Assembly (NCBI GenBank): GCA_965216215.1
Contig: CBDCFO010000007.1
Location: 454,325-518,324 of the forward strand
Direction of reading: 5' to 3'
DNA from: Bryobacterales bacterium
GTDB taxonomy: Bacteria; Acidobacteriota; Terriglobia; Bryobacterales; UBA6623
Length of the DNA: 64,000 nt
Position numbers and translations under genes: made by a program. How positions within the stretch are numbered: the stretch's first letter is position 1; the number at the start of each line of letters is the position of its first letter. Below, piece after piece: positions 1-8,285 of this stretch. Below the pieces are notes generated by a model. It ran no database searches. It had not been told where the DNA came from and saw nothing but the letters and a program-made list of their open reading frames with translations.

Positions 1-1
1 T

Positions 2-340
2 GGTGGTGGTCTTGCCGCTGCTGCCGGTCACCGCGATGACCGTTCCGCCCCACTCCCGTCGCGCCCGGGCCGCGACAATCCGAAGTGCCTCCGCGGGATC
101 GTCGACATGCAAGAGGGGCCCCCTGCCCTCGGCTTCGAAGGAAGCCCTTACCACCGCGGCCACCGCACCGCGACGGAACGCGTCCGGGACGTAGTCGTGG
201 CCGTCATGCGTGGGGCCGCGAATCGCAAAGAACAGTTCTCCCGGCTGGACCGTCCGCGAATCGATAGAGTAGCCGCAAGCTTCGCCTCCGACTTCCCCTA
301 CGGGATTGCCGAGCCATTGGCATATCTGGGACAGCTGCAC
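2..340 (-). CDS. murF: MurF (UDP-MurNAc-tripeptide--D-Ala-D-Ala ligase), N-terminal 113 codons; gene continues past the left edge
   Basis: Own translation of the minus strand from GTG at 340: VQLSQICQWLGNPVGEVGGEACGYSIDSRTVQPGELFFAIRGPTHDGHDYV...GGTVIAVTGSSGKTTT (Mur-ligase P-loop). Not in the ORF track because it has no stop in the window. It starts 2 nt after the murE stop, in canonical dcw order. Confidence 0.85.
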   Translation of the reverse strand, partial: MQLSQICQWLGNPVGEVGGEACGYSIDSRTVQPGELFFAIRGPTHDGHDYVPDAFRRGAVAAVVRASFEAEGRGPLLHVDDPAEALRIVAARARREWGGTVIAVTGSSGKTTT

Positions 341-342
341 GA

Positions 343-1824
343 TCACTGCTTCGTGTACCCCATCTGCCGCAACGCGGAACGCGCCGCAACCCTGTCGTCG
401 AATTCCACGCGCCGGTCTGCAATCGTCTGCGTGGTCTCGTGCCCCTTGCCGGCAACAAGGACGACGTCGTTTCTGCGGGCCTCGTCCAGGACGGCCCGGA
501 TGGCGGCCTCGCGGTCAGGTTCCACGGCCCACCGCGCGGTGCCGTCGCGCAGGCCGACGGAAACCTGGCGAATGATCTCAAGAGGATCCTCGCCACGCGG
601 GTTGTCCGAGGTGAGCAACGCGAAATCGCTCAGTCGGCCGGCGACGCGGCCCATCGGCGCGCGCTTGGTCCGATCCCGGTCTCCGCCGCAACCGAAGAGC
701 GCGAGCACGCGGCTCGGAGGCTGGCTTCGGCTCGCAATCGCTCTGGCTGCCTCGATCAGCCGCTGCAACGCGTCCGCAGTGTGGGCGTAATCCACGATAA
801 CCAAGAACGGCTGGCCCTCGTCGATCAATTCGAAGCGGCCTGGGACGGGCTCCACTGCTTGGAGGCCCAGTTCGATTTCGGAAGTCGACAAGCCGTGGCA
901 CTGAACGGCGGCGATAGCCGCCAAGGAATTCTCTACGTTGAAGTCACCGACAAGCGGCACCTCGGCGCGAATCAGGCCTGCGGGCGTCTCGACATCGAAG
1001 CGCAATCCGCTGGAATCGGACCGGACTCGCCTGGCTCTGACGTGGGCACCAGCGGCGCGGCCATACGAAACCGTTTCTGACTTGCCGATCCGCAGGAGGC
1101 TTCGGCCAGCCTCCGTGTCGGCATTGGCGACTGCGTATCGCGGAGGCTTTGCACCGGCCCCCTCGAACAGGCGGCGCTTGGATGCCGCATAGGCTTCCAT
1201 GTCGCCGTGGAAGTCCAGATGCTCCGGAGTTAGGTTCGTGAAAACCGCAGTATGGAATTCAAGACCGCGAATGCGTTCCAGTTCCAGTGCGTGAGACGAG
1301 GCCTCCATCGTGGCGTGAGTTCCCCCGAGGCTTCGCAGCCGAGCCAAGAATCGGACGATGTCGAGTGACTCCGGTGTTGTGTTGATCGACTTCTCGGCGA
1401 ATGCACCCACGCGATGCTCGATTGTGCCGAGCAGCGCGGTGGTCTTGCCCGCCGAACGCAACAGCGAGTCAATGAGATGGACGGTCGTGGTCTTTCCATT
1501 GGTTCCAGTCACCGCCGTCACGCTCAAGTCACGGTCCGGACGGTCGTAATAACGCAGGCTGGCGTGAGCCAGGGCACGCCGCCCGTGCTCGACGCGAGCC
1601 CAGCACGCTCCAATCCCATCCGGCGCCCGGCGTTCGCTCACGATTGCCGCTGCGCCTGCCTCCAGTGCCTTGGGCACGAATGCGTGCCCGTCAACGCGCT
1701 CGCCGGGAAAAGCGAAAAAAGCTTCCCCGGACTCCACCTTGCGGGAGTCATACTGCAGTCCCGCCACCTCAATCGGCGGTACGGCTTCCGCTGCGAATCC
1801 CTCCAACATCTTGTCGAGCCTCAT
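343..1824 (-). CDS. murE: UDP-MurNAc-L-Ala-D-Glu--2,6-diaminopimelate ligase
   Basis: 493-aa ORF with the VTGTNGKTTT P-loop, a C-terminal DNPRGEDP (DNPR motif of mDAP-adding MurE), and a 4-nt ATGA overlap with the ftsI stop. Confidence 0.93.
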   Translation of the reverse strand: MRLDKMLEGFAAEAVPPIEVAGLQYDSRKVESGEAFFAFPGERVDGHAFVPKALEAGAAAIVSERRAPDGIGACWARVEHGRRALAHASLRYYDRPDRDLSVTAVTGTNGKTTTVHLIDSLLRSAGKTTALLGTIEHRVGAFAEKSINTTPESLDIVRFLARLRSLGGTHATMEASSHALELERIRGLEFHTAVFTNLTPEHLDFHGDMEAYAASKRRLFEGAGAKPPRYAVANADTEAGRSLLRIGKSETVSYGRAAGAHVRARRVRSDSSGLRFDVETPAGLIRAEVPLVGDFNVENSLAAIAAVQCHGLSTSEIELGLQAVEPVPGRFELIDEGQPFLVIVDYAHTADALQRLIEAARAIASRSQPPSRVLALFGCGGDRDRTKRAPMGRVAGRLSDFALLTSDNPRGEDPLEIIRQVSVGLRDGTARWAVEPDREAAIRAVLDEARRNDVVLVAGKGHETTQTIADRRVEFDDRVAARSALRQMGYTKQ

Positions 1825-4061
1825 CCGCCATCTGCCTTCGCGCCACGATCAGTCACGGACGAGTCAACCGGGGCAAGACCGAAATAGAGCTGCAAGACCT
1901 GATCCTGCGCCAACATCTCGTTGGGCCCCGGAGATTGCTTGTACGCCACGCCGCTCCCGTTGGGCGCGACTCTAATGCCCATGCTGGTGGCGATGAAAAA
2001 CGCTTCGCGCATCGTCAAGCCCCGCAAGTCCGGGGCCAAGGCCGGCCGCGCCCCTGGGGCAGGCTCGATCGTTCGCGGCGGGGCCTCGAGCGCCGGCTGG
2101 ACGGGACCTCCACTCACAGCAGCGCGGTCGATCTCATGCGCTGAAGCCAACCGGCTAGCCTTGCGCGGCGGTGCCGGTGCTGGCTGGCTGGCGACTGCAG
2201 CCAGCAACTGCTCGCCAACGGGTCCGGCCGGGCTGCCTTCCACGAAGTCAGCCAGCATGCGATCCGGGAAATCCGCCGGCGAGGCCGGCGGCTGCTGCGG
2301 AAGGCCGTTCGATGGAGGCAGGTCGAGTTGACGGAGTGCCTGTCGCATCACGGACGCGAAAAGCGGCGCCGCAATGCGCCCACCGTAGTAATACTCCCCG
2401 CGAGGGGCATACAGCATGACTACCCCGACCAGGACAGGGTCGTTGACAGGTGCAAACCCGCAGAAACTCGCCAGGTAGTCACCATCCACATAGGACCGCG
2501 AGACTGGGTTGATCATCTGCGCGGTACCTGTCTTACCCGCCACTCGATAACCTTGGATTTGAGCGAGCCGGCCCGTCCCGGACTCCACGACCTGCTCGAG
2601 GATGGCCTGCATCGTGGCAGCCGTGTTAGCGCTGATCACCCTCACTCCAGGTTTAGCTTCGAACTGGATCTCGGGCCCCCCGTTCGGGCGGAGCGCACGC
2701 ACGATGCGCGGGCTGACTAGCGTCCCGCCGTTCGCTACGGCCGCGAACAGACGTGCCATCTGGAGAGCCGTCACGCCGACCTCCTGCCCCATCGACAGGG
2801 AGGCGAACGACGATCCGCTCCAATGGTTCGGTGGGCGGACCAGGCCGGCTGCCTCGCCGGGGAGGGCAACTCCCGTGGAGGTGCCGAACCCGAACCGCTT
2901 GATGTACGAGTGCAACTGCTGCTCGCCCAGGCGGCTGCCGATCTTGATAATGCCGACATTGCTCGATCTAATGAGCACCTCCGGCATCGTGAGCAGTCCA
3001 AACGGATTGTGGTCACGAATCCTGCGACTCCCGATCCAAATGCCGCCCATTTCGCAATCGACTACGTCGTCGGTGGTGACCAAGCCTTCTTCAAGCGCTG
3101 CGGCTGCGGTAAGCACCTTGAACGTCGAGCCCGGCTCCACCATGTGGCCAACGGCAAAGTTGCGCAGGTTTTCCATGTCCTGCTGGCTGCGCGTGAGGTC
3201 GTTGGGGTCGAAGGGGGGCCAGCTCGACATGGCCATGATCTCGCCGCTGTCCGGCTTCATGAGGACGATCGTGCCGGCTCGCGACTTGGTCTTTTCGACC
3301 GCCTTGGCAAGCTCCAAGTCGGCAAGCGACTGAAGTCCGAGATCAAGGTCCAGGACGAGATCGCTGCCGGCAATAGCCGGTACAAGAACCTGGCGGCCGT
3401 AGCGTCGCTGGCGCGCGTCGTACTGCAGAAGTCCTTGCCCGTGCGTGCCTTGCAAATCGGAATTAAAGCTCTGCTCGACTCCGGCTTGCCCGTGGTGGTC
3501 AATGCCGACCGTGCCGAGCACGTGCGCCGCTACCGTGCCATGAGGATAGTAGCGTTTGCTCTCCGTCTCGAAGTGCAGGACATCAAGGTTCAAACCGCGG
3601 GCGCGCTCTTTGTCGGCGAGCGTCACTAGCCGCTTGAGCCACTGGAACCCGCCCCGTTTCATCCGCTCGTACAGCACGGACTGAGACACGTTCAACGCCT
3701 CGGAGAGGGTCGCCGCCAATGCCTTCGGGTCCTCTACTTTGTCAGAGAACACCCCGATGGAAGAGGCTGGGGTGCTTAAGGCAAGCTCCTGGCCGTGGCG
3801 GTCAAGGATGCCGCCGCGCCGGGCGGGGATGTCGACCTTGGCTTGCTGCTGTCGAGCCGCCTTCTGAGAAAAGTGGCTGGCCTGCACGACCTGCAGGTAC
3901 AGCAGGCGCGAAACAATTAGCAGACCCCAGAAAACGACGGCGGTCGTGACCGCCAGCACGCGAGTGTGACGGTGCCTGCCCAGTCCGGTGTTTGGCAGCG
4001 CCTTCGCGTGCGGTCGCCGAGATCCTCGCGTCGTTGGCCCGGTCTTGCTCATGAGAGGCAC
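1821..4061 (-). CDS. ftsI: Class B penicillin-binding protein / peptidoglycan D,D-transpeptidase FtsI with C-terminal Pro/Ala-rich linker and one PASTA domain
   Basis: 746-aa ORF with an N-terminal TM helix (VLAVTTAVVFWGLLIVSRLL). Transpeptidase motifs are STFK, SSN and KTGT. The C-terminus PDLRGLTMREAFFIATSMGIRVAPNGSGVAYKQSPGPNEMLAQDQVLQLYF fits the PASTA pattern. Position is between ftsL and murE. Confidence 0.9.
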   Translation of the reverse strand: MPLMSKTGPTTRGSRRPHAKALPNTGLGRHRHTRVLAVTTAVVFWGLLIVSRLLYLQVVQASHFSQKAARQQQAKVDIPARRGGILDRHGQELALSTPASSIGVFSDKVEDPKALAATLSEALNVSQSVLYERMKRGGFQWLKRLVTLADKERARGLNLDVLHFETESKRYYPHGTVAAHVLGTVGIDHHGQAGVEQSFNSDLQGTHGQGLLQYDARQRRYGRQVLVPAIAGSDLVLDLDLGLQSLADLELAKAVEKTKSRAGTIVLMKPDSGEIMAMSSWPPFDPNDLTRSQQDMENLRNFAVGHMVEPGSTFKVLTAAAALEEGLVTTDDVVDCEMGGIWIGSRRIRDHNPFGLLTMPEVLIRSSNVGIIKIGSRLGEQQLHSYIKRFGFGTSTGVALPGEAAGLVRPPNHWSGSSFASLSMGQEVGVTALQMARLFAAVANGGTLVSPRIVRALRPNGGPEIQFEAKPGVRVISANTAATMQAILEQVVESGTGRLAQIQGYRVAGKTGTAQMINPVSRSYVDGDYLASFCGFAPVNDPVLVGVVMLYAPRGEYYYGGRIAAPLFASVMRQALRQLDLPPSNGLPQQPPASPADFPDRMLADFVEGSPAGPVGEQLLAAVASQPAPAPPRKASRLASAHEIDRAAVSGGPVQPALEAPPRTIEPAPGARPALAPDLRGLTMREAFFIATSMGIRVAPNGSGVAYKQSPGPNEMLAQDQVLQLYFGLAPVDSSVTDRGAKADGG

Positions 4062-4140
4062 GCGCGCAATCGCTGACCTATGACTCCGCTCCTCCTGATC
4101 TCTCCAGGATCCGAGTCACCGTCTGTGCGGTAACGCTTCC

Positions 4141-4680
4141 CTACTCCTTTCTGTCGATCAGCAGCGCAACGGCACTTTGCGAGGCTGAATCGACGGACCG
4201 CGGGGCGAACCACGTGTAGCTGCTTTCGTCAGTCTCTTGGAGCCCGCTCTGTTCCGCCAGCGCCGCCACGCGCCGAAGGTCCCCGAGCCGGCCCCGCTCG
4301 ACCTTCAACCCGTCACGGACCAAAGTCAACTGCGTGATCGTCTCCGTCAACTGCGCCTCGCGGTAACCCAAGTGCCTTACCCAGAGGCGCGGCGCAAACA
4401 GCACGACGAGCAGGAACACGACGAACAGGCCCCAACTGAGGTGCCTGCGCATGGCGTCCCGGTCACGCGGGTCGTGCCGGTAGCGGACGCCGCTGTTATC
4501 GATCCGTTTCTGGTACAGCACGGCACCCTCCATCGGCGCAAAGGGCGCTGGGGCGGGAGACTGAGGGATGGCGCCGCCGCGCGGGACATCGCGCAGTACT
4601 TGTTGCGGCAGGGAGGCTGTACTCCAGCCGTACTGCGCTTGTCCCGGCAGCGGCGCGTTCAGTCTATTAGTCTTCTCCAT
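4141..4680 (-). CDS. ftsL: Cell division protein FtsL-like (position-based call)
   Basis: 179-aa ORF between rsmH and ftsI with a single TM helix (LSWGLFVVFLLVVLFAPRLWV) followed by a short coiled segment. No diagnostic motif, so the call is based on synteny and topology. Confidence 0.6.
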   Translation of the reverse strand: MEKTNRLNAPLPGQAQYGWSTASLPQQVLRDVPRGGAIPQSPAPAPFAPMEGAVLYQKRIDNSGVRYRHDPRDRDAMRRHLSWGLFVVFLLVVLFAPRLWVRHLGYREAQLTETITQLTLVRDGLKVERGRLGDLRRVAALAEQSGLQETDESSYTWFAPRSVDSASQSAVALLIDRKE

Positions 4681-4692
4681 GTGTACCGATCC

Positions 4693-5601
4693 TTATGTGC
4701 GGGCGAACTCTTGCCGCGTCCGGCAGACCGCCCGCAAGCGGGCGCTCCGGCTAGGCGGGTTCAGGTCCACCTCTGTCGCCGAGGGGCGTACAACCCGGCG
4801 AGTCACGAGCTTGTAGACTCCGGAGCGGGCGTGGCTCCGGAAGGAGTGCTTCACCATGCGGTCCTCGCCGCTATGGAAACTGACCACCACGAAACGCCCG
4901 CCGGGGGCAAGCAGGCGCGGAGCGGCGTCCAGCAGCTTGGCCAATTCGCCGGGCTCGTCGTTGACCGCCATCCGCAGGGCTTGGAACGTCTTGGTGGCGG
5001 GGTGGATTCGACCTTGCTGACGATGGGAAACGGAACCTGAGACTGTCTCCGCCAGGTGCAGCGTGTTGCGGATGGGACGGGCACGGATGATTGCCCGTGC
5101 GATGCGCCGACTGTGGCGCTCGTCGGCAAGCCGGTACAGCAGGTCCGCGAGCTCGGATTCGTTGCCTCGATTGACAAAATCCTCGGCGCGCAATTCCTGT
5201 GTCGAGTCGAAGCGCATGTCCAGCGGTCCGTCTGACCGCAGACTGAATCCCCGGCCGGGATCACCGATCTGCGTTCGCGACAGCCCCAGATCCGCCACGA
5301 TCCCGGCCAGCGGCTGGGATCCGCTCACCGCCTCGCCGATCCGCGAGAAGCCGCCATGGAAGTAACGCACTCGGTCGCCGAACCCGCTGAGGCGGCGGCA
5401 GCAGCGATCCAGAGCGCCCCGGTCCCGGTCGATCAGTACCAGCGTGCGCCGTGTCGCGCGGCTGAGGATGCGGTGGGCATAACCGCCGGCACCTGCCGTG
5501 CAGTCGCAATAGGTGCCTTCGGGGCGGTCGGTGTCAGAGGCGAGCAGATACTGCTCCATCTCGTCGACCATCACTGGGAAATGCTGCGGAGCGGAACTCA
5601 T
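4693..5601 (-). CDS. rsmH: 16S rRNA (cytosine1402-N4)-methyltransferase RsmH
   Basis: The track ORF 4693..5907 is over-extended. The conserved sequence starts at MSSAPQHFPVMVDEMEQYL (ATG at 5601), which overlaps the mraZ stop by 1 nt (TGATG). SAM-MTase core DCTAGAGGYAHRIL and C-terminal SFHSGEDRMVK. Confidence 0.9.
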   Translation of the reverse strand: MSSAPQHFPVMVDEMEQYLLASDTDRPEGTYCDCTAGAGGYAHRILSRATRRTLVLIDRDRGALDRCCRRLSGFGDRVRYFHGGFSRIGEAVSGSQPLAGIVADLGLSRTQIGDPGRGFSLRSDGPLDMRFDSTQELRAEDFVNRGNESELADLLYRLADERHSRRIARAIIRARPIRNTLHLAETVSGSVSHRQQGRIHPATKTFQALRMAVNDEPGELAKLLDAAPRLLAPGGRFVVVSFHSGEDRMVKHSFRSHARSGVYKLVTRRVVRPSATEVDLNPPSRSARLRAVCRTRQEFART

Positions 5602-6062
5602 CACAACCCCAAATCCGCAGCGTGCGACAGGTCCTCGGCGGTCAGCGCATTCTGCTCGGCGGCCTCTTTGTAGCGGGCCTCGCTCATCACGAGCATGTGA
5701 TTGGCCTGCCATTGGATCCTGACCGCACCTTTCATGGCCGCGGATTCCCGCAACACGAAGGGCACGAGCAGTCTCCCCTGCCCGTCCAAGGTCTCCTCGG
5801 CTCCGAAGTGGTTCGCCTGGAACAGGATCCTGTTCTTGACGGCGCCGGTCTGCGCTTGGTCGGGGCCCGTCGACTTTTCGGCGAGCCGGGCCTCTACCAT
5901 TTCCCATTCCCTGATCGGAAAAACCTTCACGGTCTTGCCATCGAGGCTTGTCACAAAGATGTCTAGCTGGCTATAAAGGTCCTTCAGCAGGCGCTTCACC
6001 GACGCGGGCAGCTTCAAGCGACCCTTGTCGTCGACGCTTCCTGTCTGGACTCCGCGGAACAT
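5601..6062 (-). CDS. mraZ: Transcriptional regulator MraZ
   Basis: 153-aa ORF, MFRGVQTGSVDDKGRLKLPASVKRLL..., with a duplicated SpoVT/AbrB-like half (second DGQGRLLVP). First gene of the dcw cluster. Confidence 0.93.
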   Translation of the reverse strand: MFRGVQTGSVDDKGRLKLPASVKRLLKDLYSQLDIFVTSLDGKTVKVFPIREWEMVEARLAEKSTGPDQAQTGAVKNRILFQANHFGAEETLDGQGRLLVPFVLRESAAMKGAVRIQWQANHMLVMSEARYKEAAEQNALTAEDLSHAADLGL

Positions 6063-6115
6063 TGCCGATTTCCCCTAGCAACCCGCCGAAAGCGGAGACC
6101 AATGAGGCCATTTCG

Positions 6116-6171
6116 TCCACTTTGGCTCACTTTGTAACATTGTTGACCACTTCTGACCACCATATTGTCAA
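6116..6171 (-). promoter_or_regulatory. Putative dcw promoter -35 (TTGACA, 6171..6166) followed by five 10-bp-phased GTGGN pentamers (candidate MraZ operator)
   Basis: Minus strand reads T TGACAATATG GTGGTCAGAA GTGGTCAACA ATGTTACAAA GTGAGCCAAA GTGGAC. The pentamers begin exactly every 10 nt, 54-98 nt upstream of the mraZ ATG. No convincing -10 hexamer seen. Confidence 0.55.
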
Positions 6172-6452
6172 TCCCCGGGCACGGCGCTGTCAAGGAGAAA
6201 TCCAGCATGCCGGACGAAAAGTGCTTCAGTTGCAATATCTTGTATATGAAATCGTCATCTAATCAATGGGTGGTGTTATGGGCCGCAACAATCGAGGGCA
6301 AGCGAGCGCCAAGAACACCGTTCGCGGCGTTCGAAGAACTCAAACGTCGCGCGAATTGGGCTGCGTGGCGGTGAATTCGAGCCCCTTGTCTGTAACAATA
6401 GAGCGGGTTCGGCGGGAACGGCAGCGCCGGAGCTGAAGAGAAAGGCACAGCA

Positions 6453-7211
6453 ATGAGACTGGGACTTGTCACCTACAACGTTGGTCGGGACTGGGACATC
6501 GAGACGATCATCGAGAAGCTCGAGGCCGCTAGGTTCGAGGCCGTCGAACTTCGCAGCACGCACCGCCACGGAGTCGAGCCCGGCATGGCTCCGGCGGATG
6601 TCGATCGGGTCCGGCAGCGATTTGAGGCGAGCCGCGTGCGCCTGCTCAGCCTGGGGTCCGCGTGCGAATTCCATTCCCCGGACGCGGCAGTGCGGCGCTC
6701 CAACGTGGAGGAGACCGGCCGATTCGTCGAACTCGCGCACGACCTGGGGTGCTGGGGAGTGAAGGTTCGCCCCAACGGCCTGCCGACGGGAGTGTCTCAG
6801 GAAGTCACGGTCCGGCGGATTGCGGAGGCCTTGCAGGCGTGCGGCGACCACGCAGAGCGCTTCGGCATCGAGATCTGGGTCGAAGTGCACGGCCGCGACA
6901 CCCAGCAGCCCGAGGTCATGCGAGCGATCATGGACGGCTGCCGCCACCCGTCAGTGGGGATCTGCTGGAACTCGAATCCGACCGATATCCGGGACGGCTC
7001 GATCCAGGAGGCGTTCAACCTGCTCAAGAGCTTCATTCGGAACGTGCATATTCGGGACTTGCCCGACTATCCGCACCGCGAGTTGTTCCAGTTGCTCAAG
7101 TCGATCGATTACAGCCGCTACACTCTGGCGGAAACGGCACAAAGCTGCGAGCCGGATCGCTACTTGCGGTTCTACAGTGCCCTCTGGCGAGAACTCGTCA
7201 GCAGCGCCTGA
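6453..7211 (+). CDS. Sugar phosphate isomerase/epimerase (xylose isomerase-like TIM barrel, AP_endonuc_2 family)
   Basis: 252-aa ORF, MRLGLVTYNVGRDWDIETIIEKLEAARFEAVELR...GIEIWVEVHG..., a typical family pattern. Substrate unknown. Confidence 0.75.
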   Translation: MRLGLVTYNVGRDWDIETIIEKLEAARFEAVELRSTHRHGVEPGMAPADVDRVRQRFEASRVRLLSLGSACEFHSPDAAVRRSNVEETGRFVELAHDLGCWGVKVRPNGLPTGVSQEVTVRRIAEALQACGDHAERFGIEIWVEVHGRDTQQPEVMRAIMDGCRHPSVGICWNSNPTDIRDGSIQEAFNLLKSFIRNVHIRDLPDYPHRELFQLLKSIDYSRYTLAETAQSCEPDRYLRFYSALWRELVSSA

Positions 7212-7234
7212 GCGCGAGACCGGGCATCGCCGGG

Positions 7235-7699
7235 CTAGTTCGGCGCGAAATTGATTTTCGGCGGCTCGAGCTCAACCCACAGGGGATCGCCTTCTTCCCC
7301 GTTGATCTGGTACCGCAGGATCACACCGTTCGGCTGGGTATAGGAGCGTCCGATAGAGTACTCGTTCAACTTGCCGTACGGGGCTTGCGGGCCCCAGTCC
7401 TCGAGAAACTCGTCATACGGATAGTAACGGCAGGGCTCTTCGACGGAACACCCCCACAGCCTGTACGCCTCCGCGTACTGCTCGGCCCGGAGTTGATCGA
7501 AGAATCGCTTGGCGAGCCGCTCCTCCGGCCAATTGCGGAAAAAGACGTAGTAGATCGGCCCGAGCACGGCCGCCAGGACGAGGGTAAGGACAATAATTTT
7601 GAGGATGCGCTCGGCCAGCAGCCCCTTGGTGCCATAGCCGCCGAGGTACTCCATGACCGGGGCGGGCCCGCTGTCAGTTCGCGGGATGCTTTTCGTCAT
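7235..7699 (-). CDS. Hypothetical membrane-anchored protein
   Basis: 154-aa ORF with one TM helix (ILKIIVLTLVLAAVLGPIYYVFF) and no family I recognise. High GC3. The start may be M16 (7654), which would remove the 26-nt overlap with skp. Confidence 0.5.
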   Translation of the reverse strand: MTKSIPRTDSGPAPVMEYLGGYGTKGLLAERILKIIVLTLVLAAVLGPIYYVFFRNWPEERLAKRFFDQLRAEQYAEAYRLWGCSVEEPCRYYPYDEFLEDWGPQAPYGKLNEYSIGRSYTQPNGVILRYQINGEEGDPLWVELEPPKINFAPN

Positions 7700-8201
7700 A
7701 CCCTCGCGTGGCGTCGGCCGTGAGGTCGATCAGCGCGCTGGCAGCGAGAACGCCCCCGCCATCCACGATCAGGTCGAATCCGCGATCCACGCGCAACTGC
7801 TCGATCACGGTCCGCATCCGGGCACTTGCACCGGTGAGAATGTTCTGGCGATCGAACTCCACATCCGACTGCAGATCTTCGGTCAAGCGTTGGGCGGTGC
7901 GCTGTTTCCGCTGCCCTTCGAGTTGCAACCTCTGAGCCTCGGCTCCGGTTGCGGTCTCCAGATTTCCTTGGATTTCCTGCAGTTCCGCAGACATTGCGGT
8001 TAGCTCGTCCTGGCGATCCTTGTACTTGGATTCGAGGGCCGCAGACTGCTTTTTCATGTCGGCCGTCTCGAGCAGCGCGTTCTGGAAGTTAATGACAGCA
8101 ACCTTTGTCTGCGCGGCGGCTTGGCCTGGCAAGGCGCAAAGCACGAGGGCCGTGACGAATATCCAACGATGCGGCGACGTGATTTTCCAAATTCTCTTCA
8201 T
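7674..8201 (-). CDS. skp: OmpH/Skp family periplasmic chaperone
   Basis: Signal peptide MKRIWKITSPHRWIFVTALVLCALPGQAAAQ, then KVAVINFQNALLETADMKKQSAALESKYKDRQDEL, the coiled OmpH pattern. Start moved to the internal ATG at 8201. Confidence 0.8.
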   Translation of the reverse strand: MKRIWKITSPHRWIFVTALVLCALPGQAAAQTKVAVINFQNALLETADMKKQSAALESKYKDRQDELTAMSAELQEIQGNLETATGAEAQRLQLEGQRKQRTAQRLTEDLQSDVEFDRQNILTGASARMRTVIEQLRVDRGFDLIVDGGGVLAASALIDLTADATRGYDEKHPAN

Positions 8202-8285
8202 GGCTCTTGTTCCCGGTGCTCCCATTCTGGCATGCCGGCGATGCCGAATTCCACCTTCCCGCGAGAACGCGCTTGCGACGCAAGA

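Noticed and set aside
107-1080. Long plus-strand ORFs (107..790 and 439..1080) opposite murE. Similar antisense ORFs elsewhere include 2602..3333, 8121..9542, 10341..10802, 13204..14571, 16285..17043, 27656..28027, 33589..34878, 42402..43364, 43921..45111, 47742..48416, 48483..49361, 51168..52028, 61101..62096 and 32208..33338.
   Set aside because: These are shadow ORFs typical of high-GC DNA. They lie antisense to genes with clear family motifs, their products are Arg/Pro/Gly/Ala-rich low-complexity sequences, and none shows a recognisable motif.
4693-5907. Over-long N-terminal extensions in the track. Examples: rsmH 404 aa, dxr from 10853, the cytochrome from 11536, iorB from 13279, the amidohydrolase from 17195, mscS from 24645, the PPTase from 29470, DUF6807 from 38804, the acyl-CoA dehydrogenase from 40422, the aminotransferase from 58262, maoC from 58619 and pgi from 62642.
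   Set aside because: The extensions are low-complexity, overlap the upstream gene, or precede obvious signal peptides or conserved N-termini. Internal ATGs give canonical starts, often with ATGA/TGATG coupling to the neighbouring gene.
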